A stretch of 44,360 nucleotides of DNA from Octopus bimaculoides (Eukaryota), in the NCBI RefSeq assembly GCF_001194135.2, contig NC_068983.1, positions 36,591,621 to 36,635,980 of the forward strand, read 5' to 3'. A program made the position numbers and the translations under genes. The notes below the pieces were generated by a model. That model worked only from the letters and a program-made list of their open reading frames with translations. It made no database searches and had not been told where the DNA came from. Below are positions 35,035-44,360 of the stretch, piece after piece; positions within the stretch are counted from its first letter, which is position 1; every line of letters begins with the position of its first letter.

Positions 35035-35116
<82 letters not shown>
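34845..35116. repeat. (TA)n/(CA)n/(CT)n microsatellite block
   Basis: Visible runs with a 10-N gap. Confidence 0.95.
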
Positions 35117-35117
<1 letters not shown>

Positions 35118-35289
35118 CAGCAGAAAGAGTGGGGATGGTCAAAGTGAATTCAATACTGTCTTTTTGAGTGAACAATTTGGAAAAGCTGAAAGCCTCAGGG
35201 TAAATTGAAACTGTCATGCTGAGTGTCCTAAATTAAATTCCAGGTATTTTACAGCTTCAATTAAATCAGGTCAGACATGCATGAGCTTT

Positions 35290-35490
35290 GTGGCCACTCA
35301 ACCTACTAAAAATAGCAGCTCCTAACTCGAATTACACCCAGAAATCTTTAAAAAATATAGAATGACACACAGACTGGATAATGTAGTCTTAGATACACTT
35401 TGATTGAAAAATAAGAGGGATGGTCATAACTGGAACAATTAAGATCATAAGTCTGTATGATTAAGGCTGACCAGGGGTTAAACAATAATC
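35290..35490 (+). mobile_element. Dispersed SINE-like repeat family F
   Basis: ggccactcaacctactaaaaatagcagct matches 40797 gaccactcgaattgctaaaaatagtaacc. The tail matches the reverse complement of 21310-21380. Confidence 0.5.
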
Positions 35491-35499
35491 TTTATCTTT

Positions 35500-35700
35500 C
35501 TTTTATTCTTTACTTGTTTCTGTTATTGAACTGTGGCCATACTGGGGCACCGCCTTGAAGGGTTTAGTCACACAAATTAAACCCAGTACTTATTTTTGTA
35601 AGCCTGGTACTGATTTTATCATTCCCTTTTGCAGAACTGCCAAGTCACAGGGATGTAAACAAACCGACATCAGTCAAGCGGTGGTGGATGACAAACACAG
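35500..35700 (-). mobile_element. SINE family A tail
   Basis: ctttacttgtttc...tggccatactggggcaccgcc...cccagtactta...gtcaagcggtgg. Confidence 0.78.
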
Positions 35701-35702
35701 AT

Positions 35703-36035
35703 GATATTAACACCAATAAAAAAGACTGTGCGTACTCCATCCTATGAAGTTTTATGGTTGGTTATACAAAGGCGAAACATGATGCCCACTGAAAATAAGG
35801 GCAGCGGAACATCATAAAGCTGTGACACAAGGAGGTGTTGAAAAATTGGGTATAGCTGATCATGTATGGAAAAACGGAGACCATTTTCCCCTGTTGGATG
35901 AAGTTAAAATAATACACAGAGAACACCACTGGAAAATACGAAAACTAAGAGGCAGCACATATGCTAGGACACAATAACCTCCTAGGAAAGAGCTAGTGCA
36001 GATATGAGTAGAATATGGGAACCAGTATTAATGAA
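35703..36035 (+). pseudogene. Penelope-like GIY-YIG endonuclease relic
   Basis: With frameshifts it reads KDCAYSI..YKGET..PLKIRAAEHHKAVTQGGVEKLGIADHVWKNGDHFPLLDEVKIIHREHHWKIRKL, matching the VY.IPC.CG..Y.GET.R.L..R..EH pattern of PLE endonucleases. Confidence 0.7.
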
Positions 36036-36090
36036 GGATACAAAAGTATTAGGTTTATGAGCCCTAAAAATTCACTCTATAATTGCTCAC

Positions 36091-36345
36091 AGGCATATAG
36101 CGTAATGGTTAAGAGTGCAGCCTACTAACCTGAAGATTTCAAGTTTAATTCCAGGCAGTACCTTAAATAAATAATATTAATAATAGTAACATCAGTAAAA
36201 AATGCCTTAGGAACGAGAACCCAGGGTTGGGTTTAAAATTCCACCAGGGCACCTAATGAAGGCTGGAGAGTAAATCAGCTGGAACATGGTGGTAGCAACA
36301 AACAAGAGGACGACACATATTCGTCCAATGTAAATAATGTATTAA
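36091..36345 (+). mobile_element. tRNA-like head plus decayed type I hammerhead (PLE LTR-like or SINE-like composite)
   Basis: Box A tagcgtaatgg(36098-36108), box B-like gtttaattcc(36143-36152). CTAATGA-A-GGCTG...CAGCT-GGAAC(36253-36285) is one substitution away from each of CTGATGA and GAAAC. Confidence 0.55.
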
Positions 36346-36478
36346 CATTTTCATTAGAATGTTGATGGACACTGAGAGGAAAACCTGCTTCCTATGACAG
36401 TAAAGTGATCTTACTAATCTGGTTGTTGTCTTAGTTCTATGAATTGAAACAGCAGTTTTTAAAACTCAGGGTTTGTCT

Positions 36479-36938
36479 GGCGCACATGGCTGAGATGTAA
36501 CCTGACCTCTCCCCACTTCAAAAAAAAAATTTTTTTACGGAAACCCACACTTTCAGCTATGGGGATTCCGATTCTGAAAAGAAATTTGCAAAAATCGCAA
36601 TTTCAGGAGAGGCTGCTGGGGGTGGGGGTGGGGGGAAGTAGAATAAGGAAGGNNNNNNNNNNNNNNNNNNNNNNNNNNNNNNNNNNNNNNNNNNNNNNNN
36701 NNNNNNNNNNNNNNAAACAATTTTTTTTTTCACAATCATAATCACTGTATTTTCTATGTATTTCACCCCAAAAAATTTCTGAAAAAAGTGAAAAAATAAA
36801 GAAATGATTAAAATTTTGAAGTTGTGATTTTTTTTTTTCAGAATCGGAATCTCCAGAGCCGAAAACGTGGGTTTCCATAAAAAAGAAAATTAAAAAATAA
36901 AGTGGAAGGAGGTGGGTTATGTCTCTGCCATGTACGCC
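36479..36938. mobile_element. Non-autonomous foldback DNA transposon with GG...CC termini and 8-bp TSD (Merlin or MULE-like, unresolved)
   Basis: About 110-bp inverted arms: ggcgcacatggctgagatgtaacc...ggaaacccac...gattccgattctgaaaa versus ttcagaatcggaatc...gtgggtttcc...ggttatgtctctgccatgtacgcc. TSD gtttgtct(36471-36478)/atttgtct(36939-36946). Confidence 0.8.
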
Positions 36939-36969
36939 ATTTGTCTAAACCACTGTAACCATTTCAAAA

Positions 36970-37277
36970 GTTGGTTCATCTGGGATTCTTGACAATAAGA
37001 GATTTAGTTTCTTTGTGAAGACACCTACATCCACCCCATGCAGGTCTCTCAGGTCATTCAGAGGATATTGAAGAGCTGTGGTCCTTTAAAGCCCTGGCTG
37101 TTGCAATATTTTGTCCAATATTTTTATGGCAAAGTTGGAATCTTTACCACTATGCAGTAGCGTCGTGTTTTAGCGTTAGTTTAGCTCTCAATGCCAAAGT
37201 TTAGGACAAGTCCCTCCAGGATCTTCCAGATGTATATTATGGCATATCTTTCACGCCTATGCTCTAGGGAATAGAGT
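36970..37277 (-). pseudogene. CR1-group LINE ORF2 C-terminal relic
   Basis: Minus strand reads LYSLEHRRERYAIIYIWKILEGLVLNFGIES...NSQGFKGPQLFNIL, the LYSLERRRERY.IIY.WKIL.G motif. Confidence 0.8.
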
Positions 37278-37280
37278 CAA

Positions 37281-37720
37281 TACATCAAGTGCCTGGAGGC
37301 GGTAGTGCTGCCCTGGATCAAGAGGGTGGCTGCTGAAAGACCCTATGTCTGGCAACAGGACTCTGCACCACAATTTCTGCAATCACATCACCCTTAACAT
37401 CTGGCCACCTAACTCCCCAGACTGCAACTCCCTTGATTATTATGTGTGGGGTACAGTTGAGTGAGAGACCAATAAAACTCCTTTTAACACTAAAGATGAA
37501 CTGAAGGTAAGGATTATGGCAGCATTCACCAACTTAAACAAGGAGACATCCAAAAGAGCTACAGGATATTCCAAAGTCATCTGGAGGTCATGGCTGAAGA
37601 AATGGCGATTTTATTGAATAAATTTACTCTTTACTATTTCAAGATATTTTTATGTAATTTTGATAAATATATCTATTAAAATGAGATGACAGTGTTCTTC
37701 TCATTTTTGCATAATTTAGA
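37281..37720 (+). pseudogene. maT-type transposase 3' fragment (second copy of the 33979 family)
   Basis: YIKCLEAVVLPWIKRVAAERPYVWQQDSAP...IWPPNSPDCNSLDYYVWGTVE*ETNKTP..KDELKVRIMAAFTNLNKE. Strongly similar to 34338-34640. Confidence 0.85.
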
Positions 37721-37879
37721 TGTGTGTGTGTATATTTATACATATATATTTATACATACATATATATTATAATAGAAATTTATAGAATACAAAAGACATA
37801 GAAAGGTGTATGAACAACAAGCAGGTGTATTAGTTTGACACTCGTGTGTGTATGTGGTGGGCTTCTTAGTAGGTCCAGG

Positions 37880-37980
37880 GTTACAGCAGAAGACACTTGT
37901 CAAAGGTGCCATGCTGTGGCACAGAATCCAAGACTACATGGTAGGTAAGCAAGTTTCTACACCACATAACCATACCTAAG
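37880..37980 (-). mobile_element. SINE family A head fragment
   Basis: gaagacacttgtcaaaggtgccatgc...catggtaggtaagcaagtttctacaccacataaccatacc. Confidence 0.65.
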
Positions 37981-38588
37981 CTTATCGATGTGAAACTAAA
38001 AATAACTCAAGCTCAACTTCTAGGATGTGAAATGATAGAGTAGCACTGCACCTGTAATTTCATTGGTACTTTAGAAGGAAATACGATTGCAATTTAACAA
38101 GTACAAAGTTTCAGTGAACTTGTCTACTTATTCTAAGATCTGAAGTTAGGGCTAGACTACACTTCACCAAAGAGATCCTATAATGCTGAAATATGTCCAC
38201 AGTTGTCCAAATACAGCTAAAGCACAGATTCAGTCACTCACAGTACTCTATAATTTTTTAAAACTTATTTTAATTTCGAGGTTATTTCCCTTGTTATTTT
38301 TCACCAGAATTAGTCATTTAGAAAATGGCTGTTCTCATCATCTAAAATTTATTGACTAACTACATTAACCACGTCAGTAATATATATCCGTGTTAGGCTG
38401 TTGCCTGAAGGATTCGTTAACTAAGCAATAGGGGTGTTCACTACTGGGCTTGAAATAGAAAATAGTGGGAGTTATATAAAAAAAAATATTTTAAAAAATG
38501 AAGCTATTAAATGATAAAAGTTGAATACGAGTATAATAGGATCTTATGAAAATTCTTGTGTGGTTGAGCTTGCTTCTCAACCATGTAG

Positions 38589-39360
38589 GGATCTTTTTGG
38601 TTTGACAGGCAACACTTGTTTTCTTAACGAAACACTTTCAAACTTGAGACACTGGTAGAATGTGCCATATAAAACATCTTTTTCTCTTAGCCTTCTTAAC
38701 AAAAAATTGTATATCGCAAGTTATTTCATGTTAAAGTTGTCGTATTTCTGTAATTTCAACCAATCACTGACGTCTATTCAGCTGAATACAGTTAGTGCTC
38801 TTTTGTAAACAATAAATTTTTGCCGGTGTCAAGTGTGTTATTCCCTGTTTAATTATATCATTATTCCCTAATAAGGGTTTAAGGTTTTAGGATTAGGGTT
38901 CGGGTTTTAGAGTTAGGGTTAGGGTTAAGNNNNNNNNNNNNNNNNNNNNNNNNNNNNNNNNNNNNNNNNNNNNNNNNNNNNNNNNNNNNNNNNNNNNNNN
39001 NNNNNNNNNNNNNNNNNNNNNNNNNNNNNNNNNNNNNNNNNNNNNNNNNNNATAGTTGTTGTTGACAACGGATAGTTGTTGTTGACAAACAACGGCACTA
39101 ATTTTATTCAAGGGAAGAGATCCCCTGACACCGTTGTTTACATTCCACGGCGTAATTGTTTTCACCTCAATAGACGTCAGTGATTGGTTGAAATTACCGA
39201 AATACGATAATTTTTTACATGAAATAACTTCGAATACAAAATTTTTTATCTGTTCTATAACACAAAATAGATAAGTATTCGAAGTTTGAAAGTGTTTCGG
39301 TACCAAAATCACTACATAAAACATAAATGAAAAATGTTGCCCGTCAAACCAAAAAGATCC
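38589..39360. mobile_element. Merlin-like non-autonomous foldback element with about 190-bp TIRs, 8-bp TSD and internal TTAGGG-like repeats
   Basis: ggatctttttggtttgacaggcaaca / tgttgcccgtcaaaccaaaaagatcc; inner arm gtaatttcaaccaatcactgacgtctatt / aatagacgtcagtgattggttgaaattac. Perfect TSD ccatgtag(38581-38588, 39361-39368). Superfamily is inferred from GG termini plus 8-bp TSD. Confidence 0.85.
38873..38929 (+). repeat. Degenerate (TTAGGG)n tract inside the foldback element
   Basis: aagggtttaaggttttaggattagggttcgggttttagagttagggttagggttaag, running into a gap. Confidence 0.85.
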
Positions 39361-40299
39361 CCATGTAGTTTTAGGTTCAGTCCCACTGTGCTGCATCTAG
39401 GGCATGTATCTTCTGTAGCCCTGGGCCAACTAAAGACTTGTGAGAGGATTGGCAGATGGAAGCTGAAAAAGCCCACCTGTGCGCACGCGTATGTACTCGC
39501 GTGTGGGCGCGCGCGTGTATGTGTCTGTGTCTACCCCAATACTCACCCACCGCTTAGCAACCTAGAGATCTGTAAAAGAGACCGATATAATAAGTACTAG
39601 ACTTATAAAAAAAAAGTACTGGGGGTTGATTTGTTTGACTAAACTTCTCAAGGCGATACTCCAGTGTGGCCGCAATCCAATGCCTGAAGCAAGTTTTAAA
39701 TTATCGAACGTTTTCAACCTAAATACTTTTCTATCGGCTTTTTACCACGAATTCCGATAAGGATTACCACGAATTCTGATAAGGATAAATAAATTATATG
39801 TTATTGAGAAAGATTCCCCGAATTTCGAGTTACCACATTGTGTGATTTGAGAAGAACCAGTACTGGCCCTTTTATTCCTAAAGACCGTTAACCCTTCTTT
39901 GTATGTAACGATATAAACAAGTTTATCTACATCAAGGATATTAACTACAAAGCTCTCATAGCTCCTCTCTTCCTCTTCTTTACATCAACTGGGTCACTCT
40001 TGAATTCTTTTGATCTTTAGTTCGCTTGTAAACTGTTTGACTCCTTTATTATATTATTTTAACAAGATTTGTCAGGGGTGTTTTAGAAATAAACATTACT
40101 GCCTCTTCATTTTAACTCATAAAATATATTTGCATGTTCATTATAATAAAACAAACAACACAAATCTGTGTGTTTAGACGCTTTTATCTGTGTGATTTCA
40201 TTAAAAGAAATCACTCAGAAATGATTTTCAAATATTTCAGTATTTGTTTACTTTTAATCCTAAAATAAAAACAGCGATGTGATAAATAATATTTATTTC

Positions 40300-40530
40300 G
40301 TGATTATTTACGTAACTAATATTACATAAATCACTAAATAGGATGTAATTCTCAAATACACCCAGTAATCGCTATTTGATGAGCCAATCGCAATAAAATA
40401 GCCAGAGTAATGCAGGCAGATTCTGGCTAGTTTGTAATTTCAAATTGCTTTAGCTTTTCTATTTAATGAGATCATCTATCAATTTTCAATGAGCATTTGG
40501 ATAAATCCAATACGATTATATTGGCTAATG
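40300..40530. promoter_or_regulatory. Putative cis-regulatory block (paired PAR-bZIP D-box-like sites and CCAAT boxes)
   Basis: TTACGTAA(40308-40315), TTACATAA(40322-40329), AGCCAATCG(40382-40390) and ATTGGCT(40520-40526) in repeat-poor sequence. Motif matches only. Confidence 0.25.
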
Positions 40531-41079
40531 ATCCATTAACCCTAATTTTTTTTTTACACATTGCGACAAATCCACATAAATTAGTAGTGCAGGGTTTTAC
40601 ATGCGATTGAATTTTAGGATATTGGATCGATATTTTATTAACCCCCTGGGGATGAAATGTAAAGAGACTTGACGAAACTTTAGATTTTGGTCATAGAGGG
40701 GGCGATCCTAAAGCACTGCTTGGCATCTCGGCAAATGATGACAATGTTAGGAATGGTTTAAAATTATTAGAACGAGCCGAAGATTGAGCTTCAACGTGAC
40801 CACTCGAATTGCTAAAAATAGTAACCAAATCTCCATATTAATGTCTTAAATAGTGTCTAACAAACATTAAAAAAAAAAAAGGAAAAAAAGAAAGAAAAAA
40901 TGGAAATGCTTGCAATTGCGAATCCTTTTGATGTTGGATCAGGGCAGATCAAAGACTGAAAGAAATTACATTTTTACGGTTTTATTTTGCAATGAACTGG
41001 ATCTTGTATGGCGCGCGTGTGTATATAACGCTATTAGGTAACTTCAATCATTTCATATCAATTTCCAACCCAAGGCATA

Positions 41080-41240
41080 AGGCAGAGATAGTCATTCAAA
41101 CAAAACAGTATACTACTGGTATTATTATGTTATGCAGACGGCAGGATGATGAAAAGCAAAGTGATCTTCAGCATGACTTAAACTCAGTCGAATGAAACTA
41201 AATACCATAATGCAATTTTGTGTGATGTTTTGCCAATGCC
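41080..41240 (-). mobile_element. SINE family B, decayed
   Basis: tactggtatt...ggatgatgaaaagcaaagtgatcttcagcatgacttaaactcag. Confidence 0.55.
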
Positions 41241-41258
41241 TTTCTATCTGTTATATAT

Positions 41259-41301
<43 letters not shown>

Positions 41302-41492
41302 TACAAATACTACAAGCCATCCCCACAAATTATTGAAAGTCAAGAGACAAACGAGAGAGGGACGTAAACCTCGCCAAGGTGTATTCTTTATGTAAGGTAT
41401 TAAATATTAACATTAATTCAGGATAAAGAGCAGTTGGATTGGTAGGGTTGTCTTAAGATTGCAATAGACAGAAATAAATAAATAAATAAATA

Positions 41493-41580
41493 TCGTAAAT
41501 CCTCGAGTATAATCCGCACTTTTTTCCCAAAATTTAAAGGCCAAAATTTCTAGTGCGTACTATATACGAGGTTAAAAATG
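41493..41580 (+). mobile_element. pogo/Tigger-like terminal sequence (other end not found)
   Basis: TA+tcgtaaatcctcgagtataatccgcac...gtgcgtactatatacgagg resembles CCGTA...CGAGTATAA..CGCAC pogo-type ends with a subterminal inverted copy. Confidence 0.45.
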
Positions 41581-42689
41581 TAAAATATTTTCTAAGCAAA
41601 ATTTTCTAAGTGATAAATATGTGAAAGGCAATTTACTTAATATTTATTTTTCACTGACGTTATTACTGTTATTTCTTTATTTTCTGCAAACAAAATGCAC
41701 AAAAAAGCTACACATTTGCATTATGTTATATATACAATAATAATAAAGGACGTTACCGTGTATACGTTTACAACCCAAGGACGTTATACAGACCTCCTTG
41801 ACTCAACACCGACTTAGCAGTGGTGGTGGTGAAGTCACAGAAAAAAGTCTGCAGGGAGAAAAAATTATATTGAATGGTTCCAGTGTGAAGAAGCGACAGT
41901 AAGCACAATTATCCAGCAGGACATTGTTGGTAATACATCTTAAAGAAGAGTTTGTCGAAGATATAAGAACTCCATAACTTGTCTGTTGCTCGACGGGACA
42001 GCCACAAAACTGCAAGAGTTTCTTCGTGGAGTCGGCAGGAATATTCGACTTAGTCATCAACATTAAAAATACTGAATATACATGTAATGCCATGATAAAA
42101 TATAAGGATATAAGGCGTTTTGAATTTCTACACATTATGTATCGTCAATAAATGACAGGCTTATATTTTAAATAAAAGTTGTTTTTTTTTCAACAAATAT
42201 AGTGAAGCACTGTCACTTCACTGATTTAAAATATTTTTTTGTTTCATTACTTTAATTGTTTATAGTATTTAAATAAAATATAACAAGCTAAAATTGTGAC
42301 ACTTTTTAGTAACTTTTTCTCCAGTCACTTGCATAACAATAGATTGTCTGCAACCAATTCCCATCCACAAATAGATTAAGATTTACAAGGTGAAACAGTG
42401 GTATAGAAGATCCAAAGAAAAAAATCGTCTGATGCTTCCATAATGTCTGCGTTTCCAAGCTTTTCCATGTAAACATGTCTAACGACTCGCCATACGCATT
42501 GGCCCGTTACAGCATACCACCGAACTATTTATTAATCACAACCATGAAAGACAAATGGTACTTTCCATATGAATCACATCCCACAGAAAGTAATTCCTTT
42601 CAGTCAAATAAGTCAACAGGGTTGATTGTGTCGTCTACGATTGTCACATGGTTTTACCGTCTAAAACGTTTAGTAATTTCTTCAATATC

Positions 42690-42830
42690 TTTTATTTGTT
42701 TCAATCATTGGACAGCAGCCCTGATGGGGCACTAACTCGAAAGGTTTAGTCGAACAAATCGACCCTAGTACATTTTCTTTAAAGTTTACTAAATCTATTG
42801 GTTTCAACACAGACATAAACACAGACACAC
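42690..42830 (-). mobile_element. SINE family A tail, decayed
   Basis: tttatttgtttcaatcattggacagcagccctgatggggcac...ggtttagtcgaacaaatcgaccctagtac. Confidence 0.65.
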
Positions 42831-42882
42831 ACAGAAGCTAATGTTGAACAGGGACAATGAATGCGTGACACTACATTGGTGG

Positions 42883-43027
42883 CATTAGCGTAGCTAGAGG
42901 GATGGGCGGTAGGGGCGAGCCACTCCGGGCGGTACTTTTCATCCTATTGTAAGCTATTGCTGTAGGGGTCCGGGACTGGCAAACTGAAGATCCGCCCAGG
43001 GCAGGACACACTCTAGCTACGCTAGTG
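42883..43027. mobile_element. 145-bp hAT MITE
   Basis: TIRs cattagcgtagctagag / ctctagctacgctagtg (16/17). 8-bp TSD attggtgg(42875-42882)/attggtag(43028-43035). Confidence 0.85.
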
Positions 43028-43167
43028 ATTGGTAGATATAAATATTAATTTGTGAGTTAACAAGGCTACCAATGGTTTCATGAGAAGAGGTCCAACATAG
43101 AGACGAGTACCGATACTTTCATGTGGCACGTTTGAACAGCAGCGAAGATCTTCCCACGAAACTATTG

Positions 43168-43395
43168 GTAGCTTTGTTAACCCATCTATATATATATATA
43201 TATATATATTTATACGGGTATATATATATCTATCTATATATATATATTTATACGGCTATATATCTATATATATATATGGCTATATATATATCTATATATA
43301 TATTTATACGGCTATATCTATCTATCTATATATATATATATTTATACGGCTATATATCTATATATATATATGGCTATATATATATATATATATGG

Positions 43396-43427
<32 letters not shown>
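43168..43427. repeat. Compound (TA)n minisatellite punctuated by 'tttatacggcta' or 'ggcta'
   Basis: Repeated tatatatttatacggctatatatctatata units. Confidence 0.9.
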
Positions 43428-44360
43428 NNNNNNNNNNNNNNNNNNNNNNNNNNNNNNNNNNNNNNNNNNNNNNNNNNNNNNNNNNNNNNNNNNNNNNNNN
43501 NNNNNNNNNNNNNNNNNNNNNNNNNNNNNNNNNNNNNNNNNNNNNNNNNNNNNNNNNNNNNNNNNNNNNNNNNNNNNNNNNNNNNNNNNNNNNNNNNNNN
43601 NNNNNNNNNNNNNNNNNNNNNNNNNNNNNNNNNNNNNNNNNNNNNNNNNNNNNNNNNNNNNNNNNNNNNNNNNNNNNNNNNNNNNNNNNNNNNNNNNNNN
43701 NNNNNNNNNNNNNNNNNNNNNNNNNNNNNNNNNNNNNNNNNNNNNNNNNNNNNNNNNNNNNNNNNNNNNNNNNNNNNNNNCTATGGGCCCCACAAAAATG
43801 CAGATTAATCAGATTTGAGTATACTGCACTGGGTTTTATCTTTATCTTAGGCCATTTTCCGACGATAAAATATTGACACTACTTATGCATTATAAGTAGT
43901 GTATAATATTTCACGAAAACCTTTTTGTCCAATTTCGTAGAGGAAATGAGAATATTAAATTTTTTTGTCGGCGCCCTGTTGATGCTTCATGTTACCATAC
44001 CGCGCACCACCGAGCCATGTGTGTGTGTGTGTGTGTGTGTGTCCGGCTGGGTAAAGGCACAACAAACCCAGTCATCCATTCTCCAGAAGTGCCCTGTTGA
44101 TGTTTCACGTTTCCAATTCTGCCAACGCAGCATGGCCCAGCAGCATGTCTGCTTTCTATGTCATCCGTGTCTAAACTATATAATGCAAAATGTTCATACA
44201 AAAAACAAAATGCTGTTGTGACTCACAGCCATTTGAGTTTGACCGTATAACCACTTTCGGAAGTGGCCTTTTTCTACTTCAGTTAGTACATGCTTTTTTT
44301 TTCTTATAGAATACACACATACAAGAAGTAAATCTTTATATATATATATATATATATATA

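Larger units (their letters stand above)
38555..39695 (+). mobile_element. SINE family A copy split by a foldback transposon
   Basis: 'gtgtggttgagcttgcttctcaaccatgtag' resumes at 39361 as 'ccatgtagttttaggttcagtcccactg' and continues to the tail. Confidence 0.85.

Noticed and set aside
41803-42135. 110-aa minus-strand ORF next to the pogo-like end
   Set aside because: No clear transposase or other motif, so it cannot be supported as a CDS.
43873-43908. TTGACA and TATAAT resembling a sigma70 promoter
   Set aside because: The spacing is 23 bp rather than about 17, and the DNA is eukaryotic.

Overview
Repeat-saturated, AT-rich non-coding animal DNA, intronic or intergenic, from a short-read assembly with many N gaps next to (TA)n/(GA)n/(GT)n tracts. 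The SINE and MITE families look like those I recall from octopus (coleoid cephalopod) genomes; this is inference, not a database result. No intact protein-coding gene is supportable. Almost all listed ORFs are microsatellite, gap or antisense artefacts, and the only protein-like text is decayed transposon sequence: RTE and CR1/L2-group LINE RT, Penelope RT and GIY-YIG, and maT-type DD37D-like transposase. The window holds at least four tRNA-headed SINE families, a (GAT)n-tailed retroelement 3' end family, hAT MITEs, TTAA-flanked piggyBac-like MITEs, and two GG...CC foldback elements with 8-bp TSDs, many nested in one another. The main discovery candidate is a hammerhead-ribozyme-like RNA present in two highly diverged copies (107-173 and 16398-16469). 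Its three core strands run in a non-circularly permuted order (NUH-stem I, then stem II-GAAA-stem III, then stem I-CUGANGA-stem II), with compensatory changes between copies; the 16.4-kb copy has every core nucleotide intact. Other leads are a Merlin-like foldback carrying TTAGGG-like repeats, a Penelope relic followed by a tRNA-like head and a decayed canonical hammerhead, a perfect 72-bp templated duplication, and a repeat-poor, CpG-retaining promoter-like block near 40 kb. Boundaries of decayed repeats are approximate.
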